Part shown: positions 14,011-26,331 of the stretch, in pieces
How positions within the stretch are numbered: the stretch's first letter is position 1
Layout of the letters: each line of letters starts with the position of its first letter
Assembly: GCA_964016885.1 (NCBI GenBank)
Contig: OZ024745.1
Coordinates: 33,852,001 to 33,916,000, forward strand
Length of the DNA stretch: 64,000 nt
Direction: 5' to 3'
From: Eledone cirrhosa
Lineage: Eukaryota
Position numbers and translations under genes: made by a program
Notes under the pieces: model-generated
Databases searched by the model: none
Told to the model about the DNA's origin: nothing
The model's input: the letters and a program-made list of their open reading frames with translations, nothing else

Positions 14011-14734
14011 GCAATAATAATAATAATACCTTTGTTGCTTTAGATAACAATATTTGTTTGACACACGGTTATAAGGTCGTAGGTTCGATTCTCAAAACTC
14101 AAAACTCCAGATTACTAGTAAAATAAATAACTATCTGGTATTTTAAACATAACATAAAAATTCTCATACATAAACTTATGATGGGAGGCTTGAATTATAA
14201 ACACTTAGAAAGAAACGCCTTGTATCATAGAACCAGGGGCGGTTTCAGACTGTTTAGCATCAAAAGGGTTAAACTGAACATAGATAACATTCTGTTTACA
14301 TAGAAAATTTTGTTGAAATCTATTTTTATGATCTTCCAGAATTTATGCATCAGCAAATTCTTGTTCATTTCTCTAAGCACTGACAATAATGTGAATGCAT
14401 AAAGAACCATACTTTTAAATGACTGTACTATCTTTTGTTCTGACGAGAACATTTATTTCCGCATTTTCTATCTTTTTGTTTTATCGAACAGGCATACTTT
14501 GATTTTTCTTTCTTTTTACTTAGCAAGTTTAATTGTTCACCGAAGATCTTCTGAGATCAATAGGCTACGAACTTATGACCGCATAAATTTGTATCCTATA
14601 TAAAATATAAAAAGTACTAGCAATGAAAATATATTTTGACTATTTCTCTGTTGCAGTTAGTTCTTATATGACGCATAGAAGAAAAATAATTCTACACACG
14701 CGCACATATCAATATAATTATACATACATGCACA

Positions 14735-14789
<55 letters not shown>

Positions 14790-14877
14790 TGCCAATACCT
14801 TAATGGGACACGGGTATACAATACCTAACTCCTTTTAACCTAAGTATATATATATATATATTAAAATAACAGATTAA

Positions 14878-14924
14878 AGTTTAAGCAAAGAATCGCTGCT
14901 TTCACCCTTAAGGGGATCTTCTGA
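14878..14924 (-). ncRNA. HHR-like motif with CAGAAGA core (family A)
   Basis: Minus strand: CAGAAGA-tcccc/gggt-GAAA-gcagcgattctttgc-TT-aaact. Confidence 0.5.
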
Positions 14925-14987
14925 GTTTCAGAAGATCCCGTGAATTTGTTTAGCAAGATTATTTATCTGAAAACGTGTGTTGAAACC

Positions 14988-15470
14988 GATATTGTTATAC
15001 TTTGGGAGGGTCATGTTGCCAATAAGAAACACACGCACCAGTTGCTTTCACTTCAATTTATTATAATAAATTTATAAATTTAGGAATTTATAAATTTCCG
15101 GTTGGTTGGTTGGTTCCACAACCAGATGGTTGTTTATATATTGTCAAAGTTCTTTCGTCACACATTCTGTGACCTCTTCAGTGACTGGGGATTCTTTTCT
15201 TTGTTTTTGTGCCTCTCCTTTGTTCTGTCCTACGCCATCTTGTTTCTGTGTGTGTCTTGTGTGCTCAGTCTGCGCATGTGCCACATCCGGGTGTCTGTGT
15301 GTGTTTATATTCGTTTATTATATAAACAGCCATCTGGTTGTGGAACCAACCAGCCAACCGGAAATTTATAAATTCCTAAATTTATAAATTTATTATAATA
15401 AATTGAAGTGAAAGCAACTGGTGCGTGTGTTTCTTATTGGCAACATGACCCTCCCAAAGTATAACAATAT
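14988..15470 (-). mobile_element. PLE-type 3'-end module (family C) with ~150-bp inverted arms
   Basis: 14988-15140 is the reverse complement of 15320-15470; HHR in the spacer; family recurs at ~46315-46610. Confidence 0.75.
15143..15185 (-). ncRNA. Type I hammerhead ribozyme
   Basis: Minus strand: gtca-CTGAAGA-g gtcaca/tgtgac-GAAA-gaac-TT-tgac. Confidence 0.7.
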
Positions 15471-15669
15471 ATATATATATATATTTATAGTGATTGTGTG
15501 TATATATATTCAAAGAGACTAAATGAAATCCATTATTGTTTCATATATAGGTTCACTTTGCCTTTCATCCTTACGGGGGTCGATAAAATAAAGTACCAGT
15601 AATTTACTAGAGTAATTGCTGGTCTTGTGCCAATAGTAGAAACAATTATTGTTTCATATATAAATATAT

Positions 15670-15726
<57 letters not shown>

Positions 15727-15774
15727 TGTGTGTGTCTGTGTTTGCGTGTATGTACGCACACGCAGACACCCACA

Positions 15775-15867
<93 letters not shown>

Positions 15868-16764
15868 CAATGACGGATTTCATTTAGTCTCTTTGAAGTT
15901 TCTCTGAAACTTATCCAACATATAAGTTCTTTCCTAGCCTGTATTTGTCTTTAATCTTCTCTCATCATTATCATCAGATTCTCACAAACCATTGTACTTG
16001 GTAATTGCAACGGACATATTTGATGCTGGCTCTCTGCCTTCTTTTAAACAACTCACATACAACGACCAGCCCCAACGCAATTTCCTAACAGTATTCGCTG
16101 CCTCACAGCCAACACGTGGTTGAATGCCGTAATTTCTTTGATTACTATAGTGTAATAAAGCACCTACCACTAACAGTGTTGCTACTCCTAAATTCCAAGC
16201 TATTTTCAATCCACGGCAACCTCTTCGGATTTAGAAGTATCCAGTTCAACTTATATGGAGTTTTAATGATGTTTCTTGCACTCATTTACTACAAGAATTC
16301 AAATTTTATGTATCTGACATCCACTGACTCCCAAGCTTCCAGCATCTCAAAGTTCTGGAGACAATGATCACTTCATAAACAATGATTACTTCATAATAAA
16401 TCTGAATATATTCCCCTACCAAGGATCAGCATTAGATCTGTGTAGCGACTCTCATGTGGAGGTTCGATTTCCATCAACTACCTGCGATTTCTGCGAAAGC
16501 AATTGTGTAATCAATATTCTTTATGTCAACAAAGGATCTGAATATGTCTAGCACGAAAACCTCCAAACAAAGTTGCCTAAATCTTCTCTTCCTTCTTATT
16601 TCTTGAGTTAGGAGTATCTTATCTTTTTGATCTGACCGTATTTGGTATTCTTTGCTAAAGGAATTACTTTGATCCTTAAAGGAGCGTTCAAAGTTTGGTA
16701 TATTCTTTTACATTCTTCTTCCTTTCGACCAGCTTATCTAACTATCGCTCCAGTACATTGAGAG

Positions 16765-18736
16765 CACTGTGTAACATATTTTTTGTTCCCCGGTTCTAAG
16801 TGTCATTTCATGGTTTGTTATATCCCATTATTATAAAAAAAACACTATTATTTAATCAGAAGTTTGGGTTTGTGGTCAGGAGTTTGATATTTCGAAATTT
16901 TCATATTTTTCAAGAAAAACATATTTTAAAAACATTTATCAGTTCATATAATTAAATCAAGAGAGTATATTTTATTACACATGCTTATTAAAAGCAAACA
17001 AGTAAAAACAAATAACACTTATAAAGCAACTTATACACGTCCGAAATGACTGGATTTCCTGGATTTGCGGTTGTAGTCCAGGTCGCATTCCTGCACTAGC
17101 CCCCCAGATATAATCCCCCATCATTCTTTCATTGTAGTGGCCCTGGTACCTCTGCTCTATCTCTTTCACATCTTGGTGGAATTGTTCGCCTTGTTCTTCT
17201 GAGTAGGCGCCCATATTATCCTTGAATTTTTCCAGGTGAGCGTCCAGCATATGGAGTTTAAGCGACATCCTGAATCCCATGGCGCCAAAAGCCTTTATCA
17301 GATCCTGCACCAGTTGCTGGTAGTTTTCAGCTCTGTAGTTGCCCAGGAAGCCCTTAACAACTGCCTTGAAACAGTTCCATGCTGTTCTCTCAATCTTATT
17401 GAGCTTATTGGAGAACTCGGTAGACTCAAACACCTTTATCTGAGGTCCAACAAAAATTCCACCTTTGATTTTGGCCTTAGATAACTTGGGGAAGAACTCA
17501 AGAAGGTACTTAAAAGGGGCTGATTCTTGGTTGAGAGCCTTCACAAACTGCTTCATCAACCCCAACTTAATGTGCAGTGGCGGCATGAGCACAATCCTGG
17601 GATCAACCAGTGGCTCCCACATGACGTTCCGGGTCCCAACTACAAATTCTGTTCGCTGCTCCCAGTTCTTTCTTTTGTAGTGGTCATAGGTGGCTCTGCT
17701 GTCCCAAAGGCAAAGGAAGGATTGGAATTTGATAAAGCCTCCTTGGAGTCCAAGCAGGAAAGCCACCATCTTTAAGTCTCCAATGATTTCCCAATTGAAC
17801 TGGTTGTATTGCAGAGCTTCCAAGAGGACTTTCACACTGTAGTAATCTTCCTCCAGGCAGACTGCTGGAGCTAGGGGCAGTGTCAGGAACTTGTTTCCAT
17901 TGTGGAGGAGGACAGCCTTCAAACTTGTGGTGGAGCTGTTTATAAGTATCCGCCACTCCTTGGGCACAAACGGCACCCCAATAACGTCAAACAGTCCAGG
18001 CACGTCATGGCAGAAGCAGAGGCCATCCCTAAGAGTGTAAAAGCCTGAGAAAGGTTCGTGTCGACTTCTCTGACTTGTCACCTGCACTTCCTCCTTGACC
18101 AAGTTCCACTGCTTCATCCTGGAGACGAATAGCTCTGCATTGTACTTGATCAGACTTATATTCCTGACCAAGTCACTGACGTCTTTTTGGTTTGGGAAGT
18201 GAGGAACGTTTTCTGGTACCTCAGGTAGGTAATCCAAGTCCTCAGCATCCATCTCATCTTCTTCATCGGAATACTTGTCTTGGAAAATAAATTTGATATG
18301 CAATACAAAATAAATATTGGAAAGGGAAATACATATTTAAATAATATAAAAGAACACTAATCATACTAATGAAAATTCGTGCTTAAAACACAACTTACCC
18401 TTTATTCAGGGTGCGAAAATCCAGTATCAATAAATCTCTTTAATCCACTTTTTAACAATTTTATACTTTATTGCACTTTAGGTATTACTCTTTATTTTAT
18501 AATTTTAATTTAACCTGAAACACATATAAACAAATCATTTAACATAAGCAAATTAACCTTACATACAACGTAAAATCCAGCATACAAATAATTCTAGTGA
18601 ATAGCTTAGAACTTTTACAAACCCAAACTTTTAACTGTTTAATAGCATTATTTTTTTATTTATTTGGGACCTATGCAACACAAAAAAGTGATTACAAGCC
18701 AGGAACAGAGAAAACATTTTTTTTTGTTACACGGTG
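16765..18736 (-). mobile_element. Chapaev3-type (CMC) DNA transposon with TIRs
   Basis: Ends cactgtgtaaca...tgttacacggtg (CAC...GTG termini); right flank TAA; internal transposase ORF. Confidence 0.8.
16975..18277 (-). CDS. Chapaev3-like DDE transposase core, probably inactive
   Basis: Motifs SLKAVLLHNGN, GDLK, FLCLWDSRA, PPLHIKLGLMKQFVKAL, FLGN, MSLKLHMLDAHL, EEQGEQFHQD, RYQG, DYIW; first catalytic D appears as N (INSS); tail frameshifted after DYIWG; probable splice acceptor near 18278 and donor near 18398. Confidence 0.8.
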
Positions 18737-20076
18737 TAATCAGTCTGACGCACTCCTATGAAGATGATACTACCTTCTACTTCTCGATAGTATTTTGTAT
18801 GGAGAAGGTGTCGTCTTCAAATAAATGTAACATGCAATAGCTTCATGAACGTTGAACACACTTGATCGCACTTTATGACTTTACTATTTACTATTATCAC
18901 TTCTGTTAAATGTCCACCTATAAGGTTGCATCTCATACGAGGTTTCCTGTTTCAATGATAGAAGGCCCCGATCATGTCACCGATCATGTCACCATTCTCC
19001 CAGTGACAGAAAGGTAATTTTTCAGATGCTTTAAAATTTCCACAAATCATCTGCTCCAGACTGGCACTCATATATCGATCACGAAAGGTTGACAGGCAAA
19101 GTTGTCTTCGGCAAGATCTGATCTGGGAGTGCAGAGAGCCAGATCAAAAATCACATTTTATAAGGATGCTCTAAAGACTCTACGAATGTTCTTCAAATAC
19201 AAAGGGAGAGAATAACATGGAATTTTATAAAGTTCTAATATTTTTCAAGAGCATTAGATACAAATGTCAACTAAGAAACGATGTCGTATCATGATTTTAC
19301 CATGTCAGGACATTACTACTTGTTCGATAAATCTCATCACTCCATCTTCAATAATATAATACGTATTGACCCATGTTTGTACTAAGAAATACTATTCAAT
19401 TTTTACTGTAGAATTAGATGGTTGTTACGTCAAGAAACTAAATATAGCTCCACCTTCTGCGAATGAAATGAATTTCTTGGCTATAACTCAAACAGCAAAA
19501 TTGATTTTTCTTTATTTATTGTAACTCGATACATAAATGTTTAAATGTTTTCAATGATTAGATGTGTTACAATGTTTAAATGTTTAAATTACTTTTTTTT
19601 CACTAGATCTAATAAGATTTTATTTATGTTCAATTGTATATATTTACAAACAGGAAGAGACAGTGGGTGTGGAGTGAAAGTAAAAGAAGAATCGGAGAAA
19701 TGGAGTGGGGTAATATCTGACACCTTGGGTAGACGGTACATTTCATTTGCGCCTTGTGATGAATAACCAGTGGTACTCGCTGCATCAACGATTTCAGCTC
19801 ATAGGGACTATACCTTTGAACAAGATACCTTCCTCCTGATTTGGTGATTTGTTTAAATATTTTCTACCACAGAGACATTAATTTAAACTGCTGGAGTTTT
19901 GTGTGGTAAAGATGAAACTAATACCTGTTTTCTATAGAATTATTCTACCATGTACTGAGATCAACAGCCAGAAGCAGTTTATAGTCAGAAATGGTGATGA
20001 ATGTCTACGTACTGTATTATTGAATTCTGATTTAGAATGATGTCTAAATGTTTAATAGTATTAATATATAAACAAC

Positions 20077-20268
20077 GGCGGTGGATTGGTAGTATCGGTA
20101 GAGGGTCTGACGCCATGCTTTGCAACAAAGAGTTACGGCCCTTTATGGTCTGAGTTCAAATCCCGCCGAGGTTAACTTTGCCTTTCATCCTTACGGGGTC
20201 GAGAAAATAAAGTACCAGTAATACGCTGGGATAATTGCTGGCCTTGTGCCAAAAGTAGAAACAATTAT
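20077..20268 (+). mobile_element. tRNA-derived SINE, full length, with TSD
   Basis: TSD tattaatat(a/g)taaacaa at 20059-20075 and 20266-20282. Confidence 0.9.
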
Positions 20269-20827
20269 TAATATGTAAACAATTGTACAGTTTGTAAATG
20301 TACTTCAATGATATTCATTCACAGATAGTATTTATTGCTTCGTTTCTTTCAGTATTTCTGCAATGTACTATTATATCATCGATTTTCTATAAACAGCATC
20401 GATGGATTATGTTGCTTCATGGTGATATTCTAGAACTCAAGTTCAAAGATCTTAATCTATCTGTTGCATCAAATTATTTCACCCTCTCCCATACGGATAG
20501 ATTAAGATCATGTTGGTAAATAAACTTGCTATGGTATCAAAGTAGTAATAATAATAAAAATATGTCTGTTTGTTAAGAAAATATTATTTGAATAACTAGA
20601 ATGGAATCGGAATACCAAGAAAACATTGCAGGAAAGTGCATTCTGTGACACATATCTTTGGAGAATATACTGTAGAAATACGAAAGAGTAGCATGTGGTT
20701 GAAGCTATAAAAACGTTGCTATTTTTTGAGTAAAGCCCCTACCTGCGTCTTTATCATTTAGTTGAATTAAATCATCCATAGAAAATGAGGATTATTCAAT
20801 TTGAACTATCTGAAGTAATTTGAGACA

Positions 20828-20985
20828 GGCATAGCTGTGTGGTTAAGAATTAGCTTCGCAATTTGGAGGTTTCAGTTTCAAACCTATTCCTTTCGACACT
20901 GGACAAATGTCTTTTACTGTAACCTTGGGTCGAGCAAAGAATTGTGAGTGAAATTTAGTTGACGGAATTTGTGCAAAAGCCCGTC
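20828..20985 (+). mobile_element. CORE-type SINE, diverged
   Basis: ggcatagctgtgtggttaag head followed by ggacaaatgtcttttactgtaaccttggg. Confidence 0.55.
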
Positions 20986-22846
20986 TGAGAATCCATTAAT
21001 ATTTTTAGCTTACAGATTTAATCCGTCACCAAATTTAACACCGGGACCTAGCACATGGGTGTCTTCAGCGGTGTATAACTTCTATTTCTTCTTCGCCCAC
21101 TTATTCCTGATAGGGTCATGGGGCAGTCTTCATACACTCCTTCCAGCGTGTCCTGTCAGAAGCCACTATCTTTTACAGAGCCCATGAATGGTTTACAGGT
21201 GTTACACTTCCTCCCCTCACTAAGTTATATTTCAAATATATAGAAATCACCTGCAAAATGAGAGGAAATATAGTGTAAGTTAAGTTTCAAGAAAAATGAT
21301 GGTCAACCCAATTGAAGAAACAGTACAACAAAATGGAAGATTTGTTAGAGTACTACACTGAGAGCATGATAGAGCAGCGTTAATACATTAACAAGTTCAT
21401 TTAAGAAAGCCTTAAAGAGACTTATGCAATTCGTTAATATTTTTCCAATATTGTTTTGCGAAATTTAAGCAGAATATTGCAAGAAAATCGTTGCTGTTGC
21501 TATATTTCATTTCAGACACCCATTATATTAAACATTGCGCTGTATTCGACTTTAATCTGTAACTCCTGAATGAGTGATAGAGGCGACGAAATAACATATG
21601 GTATTTCTTGGGCACTTTTTAAATTTATAGAAGCCGATCTCCTCTCCAGGTCTGAACAGAGCTGATTTCTTCGAGAGAATCAGTTTTAGCTAGGTTGAGA
21701 AAAAGTGATATAAAGGAAGAATCGACTCTAGTACTAGACAAGTACTTTTTTATCGACTGCGAAAAGATGAAAGCAAAGAAGACCTAGGCGGTATTTGAAC
21801 GGGCACATGGGCTCAACAAATTCACCGCCTCTAGTCCTATAATACATTAGTTTGTAAAAAAAGGAGGCGTATTTAATGTTAGATTGAGTTAATAAGTTAA
21901 GGGCCCATAATTTTTGATAGAATCGTAGGGCCGCCATCGTGAGACACGGCGTGTCTTGAGCAACATAGTCCTAGCGGAGACCATCCCTTTCTTGGTTGGA
22001 ACACAACCGATTTCTTACAGAAAAAGAAAGAATAGAAGAACCAATCCGAGTACTGGACTGGTAGTTTATCTATCGCTTTCGAAATGATAAAAGGCGTGGA
22101 AAAATGGATGTTCATAGTGTTTGGTTGGAAGGATTTAGTGCTTTTCAATTATGTAGAACTGCTGAGGATGGCAAAAAAAAATTGGATCACTGATTGATTC
22201 GTATTTTGATTTCTTCTAAACCACTAATGATTGTTAGATTATTTACATTTATACATATATATCTATAAGTATGTATGTTTTTATGCTTGTAAATATATAT
22301 AAATATGTATATATATACAAACACAGAAAGAACGTGAGGAAGATAGGGATTGAGAGGGACGTGTAAATGCATATATATACACATGCTTACATGAGGATTG
22401 CTTCATGTTGTCAGATGATAGACGTCTCATTATTCACTGTTAAAAGACTCGCTGACTACGCGCAGAATCGTGACTATGTGCTGCCAACTGATTAAACCTG
22501 CACAGGTCACCACTTCTCTATCGTCACTTACAAAAAAAACAAAAACAAAAAAAAAAGCAACAAAAAGAAGACGAGATAAGTAGACAACTGTACAGCATTG
22601 CTTTATATTGACATAAGCTTATGAGACACGCACGTCTCTCTCTAAGTATCCATAGTTAGATAACCATTGACAAGCAAGAGTAAGATGACCAGTAATTATT
22701 TTAAGCACATGTTTTCTAACAGAAGACATTCTCGAAGCTCTTTTTCAATAAAAGATTATCTAGAATTCAGTAGGTGTTTGGCTGTTTGGCTTTAGACTTT
22801 TCCATTTTCAATTGTTATACGAGAGATGACTGGGCATATCTATCTA

Positions 22847-22928
<82 letters not shown>

Positions 22929-22936
22929 TACACGCG

Positions 22937-23040
<104 letters not shown>

Positions 23041-23051
23041 TATATATATAC

Positions 23052-23113
<62 letters not shown>

Positions 23114-23114
23114 G

Positions 23115-23153
<39 letters not shown>

Positions 23154-23199
23154 GTATATATATACGCATCTCTCTCTCTCTCTATATATGTATATATAC

Positions 23200-23267
<68 letters not shown>

Positions 23268-23323
23268 TTGTATATATATGTATATATATATATATATGTA
23301 CTGTATATATATATATATGTATG

Positions 23324-23372
<49 letters not shown>

Positions 23373-23490
23373 GTATGTGTATGTATATATATATATATAT
23401 ATATTTAAAGCGCAAAAGTTTCACATTAAGGTTTCTATTGATCAATAAAAACCTTAATGGGAAACCTCGTTTTGTTCTTAATATATAAAC

Positions 23491-23972
23491 TGCCATAGTA
23501 TAGAGTGTTTATTTTGGCACCTACTTCAGTAAGCCACGAATCTACTGAACCACCGAATGTCTCTCTCGCCCTCTCTCCCTCCTATGTCTCTCTTTACCTC
23601 TCTTTACTCCCCTTTCTATTTATATGTATATATATATATATATATATATTGCTTACAAAGTAATATTAAGATTAAAAGCATTTGGACAAGGTGTCACATA
23701 GTGAATTTAAGCACACACACGCACACACACACACGCATGCACATAAAGATGTACGAACATACACACAGGCCTATTTATGTGTGATGTTTGAGGGACATTT
23801 ACCTGCTATTTTCTGGTTGATCATATGAATATGTAATGGTGCCCTCGTTGACCTCCGTATATATAATGCCAATCATTGTAAGTTTTAATTTAACAGACAT
23901 GCAAAAACATATATATATGAAGAAAGTAACCGAAAATCATAGTAGATTCTAATATCACAGAGAGAAAGAGAG
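23491..23972. repeat. Interspersed repeat, second copy at 35830-36362
   Basis: gccatagtatagagtgtttattttggcacctacttc...ctaatatcacagagagaaagag shared; internal (TA)n and (CA)n vary in length. Confidence 0.8.
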
Positions 23973-24845
23973 GGAGAGGGGGTGGGAGAAATGAGCTGCA
24001 ACGGAAATGAAACATGGATTACAGGTTAAAATATAGTCTAGATAGATGAGAAACAAAACGAGGATGTAGTTTAGAGAACACCCAAATGAGTTAGAAGTCG
24101 ACTTTAAGTAGGAGCAACAACATTAAGAAAGACATGAACAACACCACACCTTTTTCTTTTGAAAATTTTGAAAGTAGGTTTATAAGAATGAATTTTCGCG
24201 GTTATCTCTGTTGCCTTGCGCTAGGTACGAGAGACGGTGGAGATCCTGGTCAAGGGTGCATGTAATATTTTTCAGTTTTTATTTTACATCCCATAGAAAA
24301 AAACTAAAACGGTTTACCGGGATCCCTACTCCCGACCAGGATCGAACTTCAGACCACGACCACCACCGTCTATGACTCCTCCAAAAAGGCCACCGAAACA
24401 GCAACAAAAGTACAATAAAAATTAATAATTATAAACCTACTTTCAAATTCATATATATATATATATATATATATATGACCTTTATAAAATAACCCACACC
24501 CCAAATAACTTCTCATTCACTACCAGAAAGGGACACAGCAGTCAACCTGTTGTTGCTACCAAGATGAAAACTGCTATGAAATCCCACAATGAATTTTATA
24601 CTTGAATTTTCAAGTCTCAAATTTTAACTCTTCGTATTATTAATTTTTCTTAATATTAATCAACATTTGAAAAGATGGCTTTTGCAGACCCATCGAAACC
24701 GGTCATTTTTTATACCCTTTATTATTTCCTTACCTTATAAAATTATCTTTTTTCACAAAAAAGTATTCTGTCTCTTATATATTCCATGTACCATTACCAA
24801 CCTCAATTTTCTCTATAACCTTCGCTTTGTGTAGAAAATTACACT

Positions 24846-24932
<87 letters not shown>

Positions 24933-24967
24933 TACTTTGAATTTGAAAGTAGGTTTATAATTATTAT

Positions 24968-26221
24968 ATGACGTCACTTTCAGCTTATATCTGGAGTCTA
25001 AAAGACAACCACAGCCAATTTAAGTTACACTGGGAGATCCAAGCTAGGGCTAGATCGTATAACGTAAATAAAAGACCATGTGATCTCTGCGCCGCTGAGG
25101 CCATGGAAATACTCTACGCCACAGACAACATCTTAAACAAAAAATCTGAGGCAATTTCGGCTTGTAAACATAAATTGCACAAAACTTTCCTGTATTACAG
25201 CCCCACATTATATCCTAACGGATAGTACGATCTATACGTGGATATTTTACGTCTTGATGTGGTAGCTAAGTATATGTTTTGTTTATACCATTACTTATTT
25301 GCATAGGTAAGTATATATTACTTGTATGTTTTGTGAAGGTACGTATATTTTCTCATACGTATATTTGATTGTTTATGTTATGGCGTATACATTTTTCATA
25401 TATTCAGGTACATATGGTTTGGTTATGTGTTCGGGAGTTTTGCGTCTGCGTGAGTATGCAGGTTCGTACGTATGTAGGGTGTGTGTATATGTGTACTTCA
25501 TGTTTTGGTTGACTTACGTCTCCGAATATTTGTGTATTTACATGTAGGTATGTGTGTGCGCTTGTTATATACGTATTTATTTATTTATATACGTTTATTT
25601 AATTATTTATTTATTTGTATACACGCACACACACGCACACATATTTATATGTGCGTGGTTTTGTATACCTATGGCAAGTGTTTTGCGTATGCTTGTGTAT
25701 GTACGTATTTGTATGCGTGTATGCATTTATTTAATTTCTATTACCTCTGTATTGTATTTATTTACTTTATTCTTAACTCTGAAGCGGAGATTCATTCGGT
25801 TTCCTAGTTAGAAGTTAGTCTACAACTTCAGCTATACCATTTACGTGGTTTTGTCTTTGCGTGCCATTGTTCTCCACGCTCCACATATGACGTATTATCT
25901 TCGTTTTTTCCGTTCATTGCCAGAGAACGTCTCTATGAACCACCTAAGAGAACATTAGTCTACGACTTCTTTTATACCATAAACGTGGTTCTGTCTTTGC
26001 GCGTAATTGTTTTTCACCGCTCCTATTAATGACGTATTTTTCCGTTCTTTGCCAGGGGACGTTCCCACGAACCAAAGTATCGTCTTCCTGTCTTCCTCCG
26101 ATTGCAACGTTTTTTGAAATATCCACTTCTGCGTTTACAGATGGACTTTGTTAGTTTCAGAAGATCCCGTTAAGGGTGAAAGCAGCGATTCGTTGCTTAA
26201 ACTTTAATCTGTTATTTTAAT
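24968..26221 (+). mobile_element. 5'-truncated PLE: endonuclease C-terminus, 3' UTR and HHR (family A)
   Basis: ORF 24968-25225 TSLSAYIWSLKD...WEI...CDLCAAE...ILNKKSEAISACKH; ends in the CAGAAGA HHR and (TA)n. Confidence 0.85.
26153..26203 (+). ncRNA. HHR-like motif with CAGAAGA core and long stem III (family A)
   Basis: agttt-CAGAAGA-tccc gttaa gggt-GAAA-gcagcga/tcgttgc-TT-aaact. Confidence 0.6.
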
Positions 26222-26331
26222 ATATATATATATATATATATACATACTTTGAATTTGAAAGTAGGTTGTTTATAATTATTAATTTTTATTGTACTTTTGT
26301 AGCTGTTTCGGCGGCTAATGCGGCATTTTTA

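Larger units (their letters stand above)
16040..19000 (+). pseudogene. Old CR1/L2-like LINE RT relic interrupted by the Chapaev element
   Basis: TWLN (PWFN-like) at ~16113; SNYRS (SNYRP-like) at ~16737-16751 left of the transposon; SYEDDTTFY (YADDT-like) at ~18755-18781 right of it. Confidence 0.45.

Noticed and set aside
24661-24710. Additional HHR-like motifs at 24661-24710, 28560-28680, 49862-49900 and 50360-50440
   Set aside because: GAAA and stem III are present but the core (ttgaaaa, ccgaaga, ctgttga, missing ctg) or stem I is broken; treated as decayed and not listed as features
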